This document shows, in pieces, positions 44,968 to 55,036 of a stretch of DNA of 64,000 bases (position 1 is its first letter; each line of letters opens with the position of its first letter). The position numbers and the translations under genes are program-made. The notes under the pieces are model-generated. The model saw nothing but the letters and a program-made list of their open reading frames with translations, did no database searches and was not told the origin of the DNA. This DNA is from Oscillospiraceae bacterium (lineage in GTDB: Bacteria; Bacillota; Clostridia; Oscillospirales; UBA929): the NCBI GenBank assembly GCA_031254195.1, contig JAIRUW010000013.1:27011-91010 (forward strand), in the 5' to 3' direction.

Positions 44968-45612
44968 ATGGAACAACTTTGGTATCTCGTCATCGCCGCT
45001 GCGGCGTATCTGATAGGGTCGCTGAACGGCTCGCTGCTGTCCTCGCGCCTGTTCTGGCGTGACGACATCCGCCGGCACGGCAGCGGCAACGCGGGCGCCA
45101 CCAACGTTTTGCGTACGCACGGTGTTAAGTGGACGGCCGCCGTCTCCGCTTGGGACGTTGGCAAAGGCATACTGGCCGTGTGGGTGGGGCGCTGGCTTGT
45201 ACCGGCCATGCGGCACAGCCCGGAGGCCTTGGAGGACACCCTGCGCTACGCCGCGCTGCTGGCGGGGTTCTTTGTCATCGCCGGGCATGTCTTCCCGCTG
45301 TTTTTCAAGTTCAAGGGCGGCAAAGGGGTGATCACGGCCTGCGCCGTGTTCTTTACCCTCGACTGGCAGGTGGCGTCGCTTGCGCTGGGCCTGTTTATGC
45401 TCATACTGATCTTCACCCGCTTCCTGTCCCTCGGCTCGGTCTGCGCCGTGTTTACCCTGCCGCTGCTGGGGCTGCTGTTCGGGCGCGGCTGGGCGGACAT
45501 TGCCATGTACGCGGTGACGGCGGCGCTGGTCATCTTCCTGCACCGCGAAAACATCAAGCGGCTCCTGCGCGGCACGGAGAACAAGTTTCCCCGCAACAAA
45601 ACGGCGCCATGA
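44968..45612 (+). CDS. plsY: Glycerol-3-phosphate acyltransferase
   Basis: GSGNAGATN, GHVFP, FKGGKGV, HRENIKRL..GTE. Confidence 0.95.
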   Translation: MEQLWYLVIAAAAYLIGSLNGSLLSSRLFWRDDIRRHGSGNAGATNVLRTHGVKWTAAVSAWDVGKGILAVWVGRWLVPAMRHSPEALEDTLRYAALLAGFFVIAGHVFPLFFKFKGGKGVITACAVFFTLDWQVASLALGLFMLILIFTRFLSLGSVCAVFTLPLLGLLFGRGWADIAMYAVTAALVIFLHRENIKRLLRGTENKFPRNKTAP

Positions 45613-46070
45613 TACACATTGCCCTGCATGAGCCGCAGATACCGCAAAACACCGGAAACGTCGTCCGCACCTGTTCGGCGACCGGGTCTGTGCTGCACCT
45701 GATCGAACCGCTGGGCTTCACCATAGACGACAGCCGGCTCAAACGGGCCGGTTTGGACTACTGGCACGGGATGGACATTCGCGTCCATCCCGGTTTTGAC
45801 GCGTTTTTGCGGGATATAGCCGGGCGGACGCTCTGGCTGTTCACCACCAAAGGGAGCCGCCCTTACCATGAGGCCCGTTTTTCAGACGGCGACTGCCTTG
45901 TGTTTGGTAAGGAGACGGAGGGGCTGCCGGAGGCGATCCGCGCCGCGTATCCCGAGCACTGCCTGCGGCTGCCTATGCTGCCGGGCACGCGCAGCTTAAA
46001 CCTCAGCAACTCGGTGGCCGTGGCTCTGTATGAAGCGTTGCGGCAGCAGGCGTTCGCGGATTTTGTCTAA
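45609..46070 (+). CDS. trmL: tRNA (cytidine/uridine-2'-O)-methyltransferase
   Basis: PQIPQNTGN, KRAGLDYW, FGKETEGLP, RSLNLSNSV; ATGA overlap with plsY. Confidence 0.93.
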   Translation: MIHIALHEPQIPQNTGNVVRTCSATGSVLHLIEPLGFTIDDSRLKRAGLDYWHGMDIRVHPGFDAFLRDIAGRTLWLFTTKGSRPYHEARFSDGDCLVFGKETEGLPEAIRAAYPEHCLRLPMLPGTRSLNLSNSVAVALYEALRQQAFADFV

Positions 46071-46119
46071 AGTTGTCGCGGGCGGAAGGAACTGTTATTA
46101 AAGTTTTATGAACAAAGTA

Positions 46120-46148
46120 TTGCATTTACTGTAGGTTTATGCTATAAT
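46120..46148 (+). promoter_or_regulatory. Sigma-A promoter of the opp operon
   Basis: TTGCAT-N17-TATAAT with extended -10. Confidence 0.75.
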
Positions 46149-46206
46149 CCCTTGTATCGGTCTGCGTACTTATGTATATTGTTTTTGGCCGTATTAATAA
46201 GGAGGA

Positions 46207-48585
46207 ATGGAAACCATGAAAAAAGCGATTGCCTTGATCCTTTCTTGCTGCTTGCTGCTTGCTTTGTTCGCGGCATGTGCGTCACCGTCTGAGGATGTGG
46301 ACGTATCCCCCTCGGCCGCGGCCCCCTCTGACCCGGGCGTAGAGACGACCCCAACCCCCCCGGCCGGCGAGGAGACCCCGATGGTCTACGCCATAGATAC
46401 CCTCTCCAATGTATTCAACCCCTTCTTCTCTACGGTCGTCTATGACCGCGAGGTCCACTCCATGACCCAGATCGGCACGATGATCGTTGACCGCGACGGC
46501 CTTGAGGTCATGAACGGCATCCAGGGTGAAATCCGCCCGTATAAAGGCACGGATTATCTCTATAAGGGCGTTGCCGACCTGAAAATGACCAAAAACGCCG
46601 ACACCACTGTCTATGACATCAAGATCCGCGACGACCTCGTGTTCAGCGACGGGCACCCGGTCGATATTGACGACTTGATTTTCTATTACTATGTTCTTGC
46701 GGACAAAACCTATGACGGCTCCAGCACCCTCTACTCCTATCCTATCCTCGGCATGACCAACTACCGCGAGAACAACTCAATGGCCGAGACCCTCACCGCG
46801 GCGCAGATCGCGGACGCCATGGCCAGCCTCACCGCCGACCAGCAGGCTTGGCGCAGCGCCTGGATTATCAAGAACATCATTGAGTATATCATGGACGTCG
46901 AAGTGGACTGGGTCCTGAGCGGCGACGCCGACCAATGGATCGCGGGCAAAGACCCTGCTGACATGAGCGACGGCGAGAAACTCCATGAGTTCTTTGCGTA
47001 TGATGAAGATTACGATCCCGCCGGCAAAACCATTCAGGAAGTCAGGGACGACCTGGTGGCCCAGTACGGCGACGACTATGCGACCCTCTCCATGAACTAC
47101 GCGGGCACGGAGACCTACTTTGACGGCGACATCAACGCCGCCGTTTCGGAAAAAGTGCTGGAAGACCTGCTTGCCTCTATGCCCGGCGAGCCTGTCAGCC
47201 ACATCGCTGGCATCGAGCGCGTTAACGATTATGAAGTCCGCATCACCACCAGCGGCTACGACGCCAGCGCCATCTACGGCATTTGCTCCGCCACTATCAC
47301 CCCGATGCACTACTACGGCGACGAGAGCCTCTATAACTACGAAGCCGGGCAGTTCGGCTTCGTCCGCGGCGACCTCGCCAAGATTCGCCAGAACAACGTC
47401 CCGATGGGCGCAGGCCCCTATAAGTTCATCGAGTACACCAACAAGGTCGTGTACTTTGAAGCCAACGAGCTTTATCATGACGGCGCACCGGTGACCAAAC
47501 ATCTCCAATTCAAGGAAACCCTTGAGCCCGATAAATTCAACGCCCTGATTTCCGGCGTGGGCGACGTTACCAACCCCTCTTACAACCGCTCCTTGGTCGA
47601 GCAGATTCTCGACGCCAACTCCAACGGGCAGAGCAGCGGCGACAAGATCGAGACCTCGCTTGTGAGCAACCTCGGCTACGGCTATATCGGCATCAACGCC
47701 CTGAATGTCTCCGTTGACGGCGAGCCCGGCTCGGAAGCCTCCATAAACCTCCGCAAAGCGCTGGCCACCATCTACGCCGTTGCCCGCGACGTCAACTACG
47801 ACAGCTACTACCTCGGCACGGCGCAGGTCATCAACTATCCCATCTCCGACACCTCCTGGGCTGCCCCGCGCACATCCGACCCCGACTATGAGATTGCTTT
47901 CAGCAAAAAGCTGGACGGCTCGGAAATCTATACCGCCGGTATGAACACGCAGGCGCGGTATGACGCGGCGGTGGCCGCGGCGGTCGAATACTTCAAAGCC
48001 GCCGGCTACACCTTTGACGACAACAACATCGCCACAGCCGCCCCGGCCGGCGCCAAGCTGCAATACACCGTCACCTTCCCCGGCGCGGGCGAAGGCGACC
48101 ATCCCTCGTTCGGCGTGCTGACCGACGCTTCCAACCTGCTCGCCACCATTGGCATCACCCTTGAGATCGACGACGTCATCGACTCGGCCAACGGCCTGTT
48201 TGGCGCCTTCCGTGCCGAGAAGCTCGATATGTGGTGCGCCGCTTGGGGTTCCACCGTCAACGTTGACCTCTTCCAACTTTACCACAGCACCAACCGCATC
48301 GGCTTAGGCGGCACCAACGACAACATCTACCACGTTTTCGACGACCAGCTTGACAGCCTGATCATGCAGTCCCGTGAAAACGACGACCGCACCTTCCGCA
48401 AGGCCATCTTCAAGCAGTGCTTCGACATCATCCTTGACTGGGCGGTCGAAGTCCCGGCCTATCAGCGCTCTAACGTCATCCTGTTCGCCTCTGAGCGGAT
48501 CGACGTCAACACCATCACTCCCGATATCAGCCCATACTACGAGTGGTACGTACACATCGACGGGATGGCCATGTACGCCCAGTAA
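46207..48585 (+). CDS. oppA: ABC transporter substrate-binding lipoprotein, family 5
   Basis: Lipobox FAAC; FNPFF, FSDGHPV, PMGAGPYKF. Confidence 0.85.
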   Translation: METMKKAIALILSCCLLLALFAACASPSEDVDVSPSAAAPSDPGVETTPTPPAGEETPMVYAIDTLSNVFNPFFSTVVYDREVHSMTQIGTMIVDRDGLEVMNGIQGEIRPYKGTDYLYKGVADLKMTKNADTTVYDIKIRDDLVFSDGHPVDIDDLIFYYYVLADKTYDGSSTLYSYPILGMTNYRENNSMAETLTAAQIADAMASLTADQQAWRSAWIIKNIIEYIMDVEVDWVLSGDADQWIAGKDPADMSDGEKLHEFFAYDEDYDPAGKTIQEVRDDLVAQYGDDYATLSMNYAGTETYFDGDINAAVSEKVLEDLLASMPGEPVSHIAGIERVNDYEVRITTSGYDASAIYGICSATITPMHYYGDESLYNYEAGQFGFVRGDLAKIRQNNVPMGAGPYKFIEYTNKVVYFEANELYHDGAPVTKHLQFKETLEPDKFNALISGVGDVTNPSYNRSLVEQILDANSNGQSSGDKIETSLVSNLGYGYIGINALNVSVDGEPGSEASINLRKALATIYAVARDVNYDSYYLGTAQVINYPISDTSWAAPRTSDPDYEIAFSKKLDGSEIYTAGMNTQARYDAAVAAAVEYFKAAGYTFDDNNIATAAPAGAKLQYTVTFPGAGEGDHPSFGVLTDASNLLATIGITLEIDDVIDSANGLFGAFRAEKLDMWCAAWGSTVNVDLFQLYHSTNRIGLGGTNDNIYHVFDDQLDSLIMQSRENDDRTFRKAIFKQCFDIILDWAVEVPAYQRSNVILFASERIDVNTITPDISPYYEWYVHIDGMAMYAQ

Positions 48586-48605
48586 CACAACACAGCAAAG
48601 CATCC

Positions 48606-48640
48606 GCAGACCCGCCGCCCTGATCGGCGGCGGGTCTGCT
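48606..48640 (+). terminator. Intercistronic hairpin after oppA
   Basis: GCAGACCCGCCGCC-ctgat-CGGCGGCGGGTCTGC with weak U tract. Confidence 0.65.
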
Positions 48641-48671
48641 ACATGTTTAAGAGGACAGGAAGCGGTAGATT

Positions 48672-49661
48672 ATGCGGAACTATATCATCAAGCGTGTGCT
48701 GCTCAGCATTGTGATTTTATTTTGCGTGGCGTTCATTGTTTATGTCATCATGCGGAGCCTGCCCACCTCCTATGTGGAGCGTCAGGCGGGCATCAAGGCG
48801 ATGACCCCCGGCTCGACCCGCACCTATGAGGAATGGATGGATCTGCTCAACGCGCGGTACGGCTTGGACAAGGCTGTCCTGCCCGGTTATTTGACCTGGG
48901 CCAAGGACGCCGTACGGGGCGACTTTGGAGAATCGTGGGCATGGAATATGCTCTGCACCGATAAATTCAAGGACGTCATCTGGTATTCCTTCGCGCTTGG
49001 GGCGTTCTCGCTGCTCTTTCAGATGCTAATCGCCATACCGCTTGGTATTTTGGCGGCGCGAAAGCAGTACAGCCGGACCGACTACACCGTGACGGTGGTG
49101 GCGCTGGTTGGCATATCCATGCCGTCCTTCTTCTTCGCCGCGCTGCTCAAACTTACCTTATCGGGGCAGCTTGGCTGGTTTGAGCTGTATGGCATGGTGT
49201 CCAGGACCCACCAGTTCATGACGCCCTTCCAACAGTTCCTCGACATCGCGTGGCACTATGTCATGCCGCTGATGACCCTGACCTTTATATCCATCGGCGG
49301 GTGGATGCGCTATGTGCGCACGAATATGCTCGAAGTCCTCAACTCTGACTATATCCGCACCGCCCGGGCAAAGGGCCTGCCCGAGAAGCGCGTTGTCAAC
49401 CATCACGCGTTCCGCAACACCCTCATCCCCATTGTCACCATCTTCGGCGGTACCCTGCCCGGCCTGTTTTCCGGCGCGCTGGTCACCGAGCAGCTCTTCC
49501 AGATCGTCGGAATTGGCTATACCGGCTATCAATCGCTGATTCAGGGCGACATCCCGTTCGTTATGTTTTATATGACCTTTATGGCGGTATTGGTGCTGGC
49601 CGGCACCCTGCTGGCCGACATCCTGTACGCCGTGGTTGACCCGCGCGTGCGGGTCGCTTAG
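48672..49661 (+). CDS. oppB: Peptide ABC transporter permease
   Basis: DYIRTARAKGL, HAFRN, DILYAVVDPRVR. Confidence 0.92.
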   Translation: MRNYIIKRVLLSIVILFCVAFIVYVIMRSLPTSYVERQAGIKAMTPGSTRTYEEWMDLLNARYGLDKAVLPGYLTWAKDAVRGDFGESWAWNMLCTDKFKDVIWYSFALGAFSLLFQMLIAIPLGILAARKQYSRTDYTVTVVALVGISMPSFFFAALLKLTLSGQLGWFELYGMVSRTHQFMTPFQQFLDIAWHYVMPLMTLTFISIGGWMRYVRTNMLEVLNSDYIRTARAKGLPEKRVVNHHAFRNTLIPIVTIFGGTLPGLFSGALVTEQLFQIVGIGYTGYQSLIQGDIPFVMFYMTFMAVLVLAGTLLADILYAVVDPRVRVA

Positions 49662-49678
49662 GGGAGGGGGGACAGAGT

Positions 49679-51403
49679 ATGGATCCGAATCAGGAAAATC
49701 AGCACATGAGTGCCTCCGTCGCCTTGGACGACGAACAGCGGATTAGAGTGCTGTCGCCGGGGATGCTGGTCTTTAAGCGCTTTGTGCGCAACAAGCTGGC
49801 GATCACCGGGGCCGTCATCGTCATCTTCATGTTCGCCTTCTCTTTCATCGGCGGGCTGGTCAACCCCCACGGCCAGACGGAGGTGTTCCGTCATTATCAG
49901 CCCTTTGTCAAGGAATACGCCGCCGCCGCGTTTACCGACCAGTACCGCTTCACCCCTGTACCGGGCAGGACGCTCTCCCAAAACACCCAAAACGCCTTCA
50001 ACGTCGCGGCGGCCAGGAACGCCGAATCCTTCTCCGCCGACGGCGAGACATTTATGATCGAAGTGATGGGCGAGGACTTTTACCTCATCGAGGAGCTTGT
50101 CCCGTTTGCCAAGGTCACCAGCGTCCGCGGGCAGCTCGTGGCTTCCCCCTTGGACGGGCATACAATACCGGACGGTTTTACCAGCGCGATCGACAGCGCC
50201 ATCAAAGCGGGCAGGGAACTTTTTGAGGCCGGCGGCGACAAGTATGCGTATATCATCGACGGGCGCGAATACGCCGTCTTTACCGGGACGCCTGTCTGCG
50301 TGGTAGTCAAGAAGGTCTTTGACCTCCCGCCGGACAGCCCGGCGCTTTCGTACCACTTTGTGATGAACGCCATGCTTGCGTTTCAGGGCGGCGACCCCTC
50401 TTTTGAAGCGGAAGGGCAGACGTATACCTTTGACAGGAACGACGGCGGGGCGGAAATTTACGGCCAAGACGGGCTTGTCGCCGTCATGAGCCCCCTTGCC
50501 ATCAAGGAATACCAGCCCGGCGAAGTCATGACGCTGGAGTTCAAAGCCGCGGTGGCCGAAGCCATCGCGGAGGGGACGCGGTATTTTGAGCTGATAGAAG
50601 ACGGGGAAGTGGTGGAATACACCCTTGAGGACCAGCCCAACCAATGGGTCATCCGCAAGGAGATGGACACCTACCTCATCAAGACCTACGGCCCCCCCTC
50701 GCTGGAGCACTGGCTAGGAACCGATGCCAACGGCATGGACGTCCTCACCCGCCTGATGTACGGCGGCCGCATTTCCATCACCATCGGCTTTGTGGTCGTC
50801 CTGATCGAGATGTTTATCGGTATCATATTGGGCGGCATCGCCGGGTATTTCGGCAAGTGGGTGGACAACCTCATCATGCGCATCGTGGACATTTTCAACT
50901 GTATCCCCACCTTCCCCCTCTATATCATCCTCGGCGCCTCATTAGACCAGTTCGGTGTGGACCCGACCTTGCGGATCTATTACCTGATGCTGATTATCGG
51001 GCTGCTCGGCTGGCCGGGCATCGCGCGCATGGTGCGCGGGCAGATTCTGTCGCTGAGGGAGCAGGAGTTCATGGTGGCCGCCGAAGCGACGGGGCTGAGG
51101 GTACCGCGCCGTATCTTCAGGCATTTGATTCCCAACGTCATCCCGCAGTTGATTGTTATTTCCACCATGACGCTGGGCGGCATCATCATCACCGAGGCGA
51201 CGCTTTCTTTCCTCGGGCTTGGCGTGCGCTACCCGCTGGCGTCGTGGGGCAATATGGTCACCAACGTCAACGACCCCTATATTATGATCACATATCTCAA
51301 CACATGGGTGCCGGCGGGAATGCTCATCCTCATTACCGTGCTGGGCTTCAACTTCATCGGCGACGGGCTTCGGGACGCGTTTGACCCGAAAATGAAACGG
51401 TAA
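49679..51403 (+). CDS. oppC: Peptide ABC transporter permease with large extracytoplasmic insertion
   Basis: HWLGTD..GMD, LREQEFMVAA, GDGLRDAFDPK. Confidence 0.9.
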   Translation: MDPNQENQHMSASVALDDEQRIRVLSPGMLVFKRFVRNKLAITGAVIVIFMFAFSFIGGLVNPHGQTEVFRHYQPFVKEYAAAAFTDQYRFTPVPGRTLSQNTQNAFNVAAARNAESFSADGETFMIEVMGEDFYLIEELVPFAKVTSVRGQLVASPLDGHTIPDGFTSAIDSAIKAGRELFEAGGDKYAYIIDGREYAVFTGTPVCVVVKKVFDLPPDSPALSYHFVMNAMLAFQGGDPSFEAEGQTYTFDRNDGGAEIYGQDGLVAVMSPLAIKEYQPGEVMTLEFKAAVAEAIAEGTRYFELIEDGEVVEYTLEDQPNQWVIRKEMDTYLIKTYGPPSLEHWLGTDANGMDVLTRLMYGGRISITIGFVVVLIEMFIGIILGGIAGYFGKWVDNLIMRIVDIFNCIPTFPLYIILGASLDQFGVDPTLRIYYLMLIIGLLGWPGIARMVRGQILSLREQEFMVAAEATGLRVPRRIFRHLIPNVIPQLIVISTMTLGGIIITEATLSFLGLGVRYPLASWGNMVTNVNDPYIMITYLNTWVPAGMLILITVLGFNFIGDGLRDAFDPKMKR

Positions 51404-51416
51404 GGGGGCGGGAATT

Positions 51417-52577
51417 GTGGCTAAGGAGCAAAAAAAGACTAAAAGTCTGAACTATTTATCAGTGCGCGAGTCGAGACGGATTACGCGCGAGAACCGCCGC
51501 GTTACCGCGCGGTTCGACAAGCAGCTCAAACGCAAGTATGTGCCGGAGAGCGAGTATCTGACGCAAATGAAGGACCCCAACAACGTCGTGGAGTTTGACG
51601 ACCTGCACACCCATTTCTTTACCGACATCGGCACCGTCCGGGCGGTTGACGGCGTTTCGTTCGACGTGCCGAGGGGGAAGACAGTCGGCGTAGTCGGGGA
51701 GTCGGGTTGCGGCAAGTCGGTGACCAGCCTGTCGCTGATGCAGCTGTTGCAACGCCCGCAGGGGCAGATCGTCAGCGGCGCGATACGCTTTAACGACGGT
51801 ACGCGGGCAGTGGACATCACCAAAATGCCACTGGTAGGGATGCAGAGTATCCGCGGCGGCCAGATCTCGATGATTTTTCAGGAGCCGATGACCAGCCTCA
51901 ACCCTGTCTTCCGTATCGGCAAGCAGATGGACGAGGTTTTCGAGCTGCATGAGAAGGGGCTTTCCAAAGCCGAACGCAAGGAGCGTTCGATAGAATTGTT
52001 GAAAATGGTCGGCATTGCCAACAGCGAAGGCGTATACCGCATGTACCCGCACGAGCTGTCGGGCGGGATGCGCCAGCGGGTAATGATTGCCATGGCGCTC
52101 TCCTGCAAGCCGAGCCTGATCATTGCCGATGAGCCGACGACCGCGCTGGACGTGACAATACAAGCGCAGATACTAGACCAGCTGCGGCAGCTGAAGGACC
52201 AGATCAACTCCAGCATCATGCTGATTACGCACGATCTGGGCGTCATTGCGGAGATGGCGGATTACGTTGTCGTCATGTACGCGGGCAAAATTGTGGAGAA
52301 GGGGACGGCCGTCGAGGTCTTTGGCAACCCTAGCCACCCGTATACCATCGGCCTGCTCAACTCAAAGCCGGTGGTCAACAAAAAGGTGGACCGGCTCTAC
52401 AGTATCCCCGGCAAGGTGCCCAACCCCATCGAGATGCCTGACTACTGCTATTTCAAAGATCGCTGCGAGATGACGGTGGAGGGGTGCGGCGGGCCATACC
52501 CGTGCCAGTACCGCCTTTCCCCCACGCACCTTGTCTCCTGCTATCGCTTCGCCGATAAGGAGGTGGCCGCGCAATGA
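51417..52577 (+). CDS. oppD: Peptide ABC transporter ATPase
   Basis: GESGCGKS, LSGGMRQR, DEPTTALDV. Confidence 0.93.
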   Translation: MAKEQKKTKSLNYLSVRESRRITRENRRVTARFDKQLKRKYVPESEYLTQMKDPNNVVEFDDLHTHFFTDIGTVRAVDGVSFDVPRGKTVGVVGESGCGKSVTSLSLMQLLQRPQGQIVSGAIRFNDGTRAVDITKMPLVGMQSIRGGQISMIFQEPMTSLNPVFRIGKQMDEVFELHEKGLSKAERKERSIELLKMVGIANSEGVYRMYPHELSGGMRQRVMIAMALSCKPSLIIADEPTTALDVTIQAQILDQLRQLKDQINSSIMLITHDLGVIAEMADYVVVMYAGKIVEKGTAVEVFGNPSHPYTIGLLNSKPVVNKKVDRLYSIPGKVPNPIEMPDYCYFKDRCEMTVEGCGGPYPCQYRLSPTHLVSCYRFADKEVAAQ

Positions 52578-53560
52578 CGGAACAGGGCAATTCAGATGTG
52601 ATTTTGGAAGTTAAGGACCTAAAAAAATATTTCCCCATCAAGGCAGGGCTGCTTCAGCGTACCGTCGCGCAGGTCAAGGCCGTGGACGGCGTTAACTTCT
52701 CCCTGCGCAAAGGCTCGACGATGGGCCTGGTGGGCGAGTCGGGCTGCGGCAAGACGACCGTGGGGCGCACCGTGCTGCGCCTGCACGGCAAAACGGGGGG
52801 CGACATCCTGTTTCATGGGCAAGAGGTCCATACACTGGATAAAAAGACGCTGCGCTCCCTCCGCCCGCGTATGCAGATTATTTTCCAAGACCCTTATTCC
52901 AGCCTTTCGCCGCGTCTGCCGGTCGGCGAGATTATCGGCGAGGCGCCGCGCGAGCACGGCATCACCAATAAGGACAACCATAACCGCCACATCGACAAGA
53001 TCATGTCCGACTGCGGCTTGCAGCCCTACCACAAGGACAGGTACCCGCACGAGTTTTCCGGCGGGCAGCGGCAGCGCATCTGCATCGCCCGCGCGCTGGC
53101 GCTCAACCCGGAATTCGTCGTCTGCGACGAGCCGGTGTCGGCGCTGGATGTGTCGATCCAGGCGCAGATCATCAACCTTTTGATGGATCTGCAGAAGGAA
53201 TACGGCCTGACATATCTCTTTATCTCGCACGATCTGTCTGTGGTCGAGCATATCTCCGATACCGTAGGCGTGATGTATCTGGGCAATATCGTGGAATACG
53301 GCTCCAAAGAGGATATATTCAAAAGCCCGTATCATCCCTACACCCGCGCGCTGTTCAGCGCCATCCCCATCCCCGACCCCACCGTCAAGATGAACCGCGT
53401 CATCCTCGAAGGGGACATCCCTTCGCCCGCCAACCCGCCGTCCGGCTGCAAGTTCCACACCCGCTGCCGCGACTGCATGGAAAAATGCAAGACGGAGGAG
53501 CCGGTACCGGTCGAAATGGCGCCGGGGCATACGGTGGTTTGCCATTTGTATAATTCGTAA
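52574..53560 (+). CDS. oppF: Peptide ABC transporter ATPase
   Basis: [36 protein letters not shown]. Confidence 0.93.
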   Translation: MTEQGNSDVILEVKDLKKYFPIKAGLLQRTVAQVKAVDGVNFSLRKGSTMGLVGESGCGKTTVGRTVLRLHGKTGGDILFHGQEVHTLDKKTLRSLRPRMQIIFQDPYSSLSPRLPVGEIIGEAPREHGITNKDNHNRHIDKIMSDCGLQPYHKDRYPHEFSGGQRQRICIARALALNPEFVVCDEPVSALDVSIQAQIINLLMDLQKEYGLTYLFISHDLSVVEHISDTVGVMYLGNIVEYGSKEDIFKSPYHPYTRALFSAIPIPDPTVKMNRVILEGDIPSPANPPSGCKFHTRCRDCMEKCKTEEPVPVEMAPGHTVVCHLYNS

Positions 53561-53566
53561 TCTCTC

Positions 53567-53594
53567 TTGACAATCCTGCCGGATATGCTATACT
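53567..53594 (+). promoter_or_regulatory. Sigma-A promoter of antisense RNA 3
   Basis: TTGACA-N16-TATACT; identical to reverse complement of 4599-4626. Confidence 0.8.
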
Positions 53595-53599
53595 GAAAG

Positions 53600-53690
53600 T
53601 GCAAGAGCGTGTCGTTACCGACACGCCACCGTAAGAAATAGCTTATGTAGCCGTTATCCTTTGGGGGATAGAGCGGCTACATAGCTTTTG
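53600..53690 (+). ncRNA. Putative orphan type I antitoxin RNA (copy 3)
   Basis: GCAAGAGCGTGTCG-ttac-CGACACGC hairpin; terminator ATGTAGCCG...CGGCTACATAGC-TTTT; homologous to copy 2. Confidence 0.7.
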
Positions 53691-53724
53691 GGGCAAACTT
53701 TATCAGGAGCCAGAGCGCGAATAA
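53677..53724 (-). pseudogene. 3' remnant of toxin peptide (LFALWLLIKFAPKAM*)
   Basis: Aligns with C-terminal 15 aa of copy 2 (VLALWLMWWLAPKAM); no MGKK start, RBS or leader upstream. Confidence 0.75.
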
Positions 53725-53735
53725 TTGGAGGGAAT

Positions 53736-54221
53736 ATGCAAATGTCGGACTATCAAAAGCAAAAGGCAGCCAAGCCCAAAATAAACGACAGGATAAATGA
53801 GCTGCTTGCCGGAACAATGCGGGAAATGGCTTTGGGATTCGTTGCATGGATGAAAGAACACAAAATGACGGCTGGATGGGCTTCGACGGACTCATGGAAG
53901 ACGAGCTATCGAGGGAAGGGATTATTTTACATAAGGATCAGTGAGGGCAAATGGACTGTTAATCCTGTTTTCTGGGATATAGATGAGGTTGCCGATTATA
54001 TCACAGAAGAGGGTTACCAAGAGTTCATCTTGAATAATCTGTATGATTGCCGGTTTTGCCATCCCGCGCCTTGCCGCATTACAGACAGGATTTTTTTCGG
54101 CAAAGAGCTCAAGGGCCTTTGCGGCGGGCGGCCGATTTTGCATTGCGAAAATCCTGATGAGCGGACTGTAGAATTTTTGAAAGGGTTGATAGTTTACATG
54201 AGAAAGAAGATTAGTGGATAA
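53736..54221 (+). CDS. Hypothetical protein with CxxC...C...C motif
   Basis: ATG after GGAGGGA; CRFCHPAPC...LC; AT-rich. Confidence 0.75.
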   Translation: MQMSDYQKQKAAKPKINDRINELLAGTMREMALGFVAWMKEHKMTAGWASTDSWKTSYRGKGLFYIRISEGKWTVNPVFWDIDEVADYITEEGYQEFILNNLYDCRFCHPAPCRITDRIFFGKELKGLCGGRPILHCENPDERTVEFLKGLIVYMRKKISG

Positions 54222-54397
54222 TAAGCGTTTGCCGGAGCAGAAAGGAATAGGGTATATATCCGTCATTTTGACGAAGGCGAACCTATAGCAACACAAATCT
54301 TAAAAGGGAGTTTGAAAATTCCCTTAACAGCATACGGGGATTGATTTTTTGCAATGCCGTGATATAATACCCTTATCACTGGTTTGGGAGGTTCACT

Positions 54398-55036
54398 ATG
54401 GAAAGCAAGGCGTATAATCTGGCCCATGAAAAGAACCCGATGATAACCCTTCGCGTGATTCCCGGGCATTTTACCACCAGCAATTTCCACATCAGCCATT
54501 TCCTTGACGTGAGCAGCATGAAATCCAATGCTACCGTCGCGCGGAACGTCGCGCATGAGCTGGCGATGCCCTATCTGGCGTCCGCTCAGATCGATACCAT
54601 CGTATGCTTGGAGAGGACCGAGGTCATCGGCGCGTATCTCGCCGAAGAGCTCAAAGAAAGCGGCGTGACGGCCATCGGCGGCGGCGATATTAGCATCATA
54701 ACGCCAATCGCCAATAATATCGGGAGCCTGTCTTTCCAAAGCAGCATGGTCGGACTGCTGTCCGGCAGGAACGTCCTTTTGCTGACCACCTCCATATCCA
54801 GCGGACGGACGCTTGACAGCGCTTTGGATTGCCTTGCCTATTACCGCAGCAACATTGTAGGCATATCCGCGCTGTTTTTGGTGTCGTCTGCCAACCCGGA
54901 ACTGAGGGTCAACGCGCTGTTTACATCCGACGATATTCCCGGGTATCAATTCTATAGCTCCCGCAACTGCGACATGTGCCGCGCGGGGCAGAGTTTGGAC
55001 GCGCTGATTTCCAGTGAGGGCTTTACAAAGATATAA
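54398..55036 (+). CDS. Type I phosphoribosyltransferase-fold protein (PyrE-like, atypical)
   Basis: GHF..S.FHISHFLD, DTIVCL, VLLLTTSISSGRT, C-terminal CxxC. Confidence 0.7.
   Translation: MESKAYNLAHEKNPMITLRVIPGHFTTSNFHISHFLDVSSMKSNATVARNVAHELAMPYLASAQIDTIVCLERTEVIGAYLAEELKESGVTAIGGGDISIITPIANNIGSLSFQSSMVGLLSGRNVLLLTTSISSGRTLDSALDCLAYYRSNIVGISALFLVSSANPELRVNALFTSDDIPGYQFYSSRNCDMCRAGQSLDALISSEGFTKI

Noticed and set aside
53677-53895. 72-aa minus-strand ORF as a full-length toxin
   Set aside because: Its N-terminal part is merely antisense to the 53736 gene, with no RBS; only the last 15 aa are homologous
54222-54260. CGGAGCAG as the displaced 5' half of toxin 3
   Set aside because: Only 8 nt match; no MGKK codons, RBS or leader adjoining
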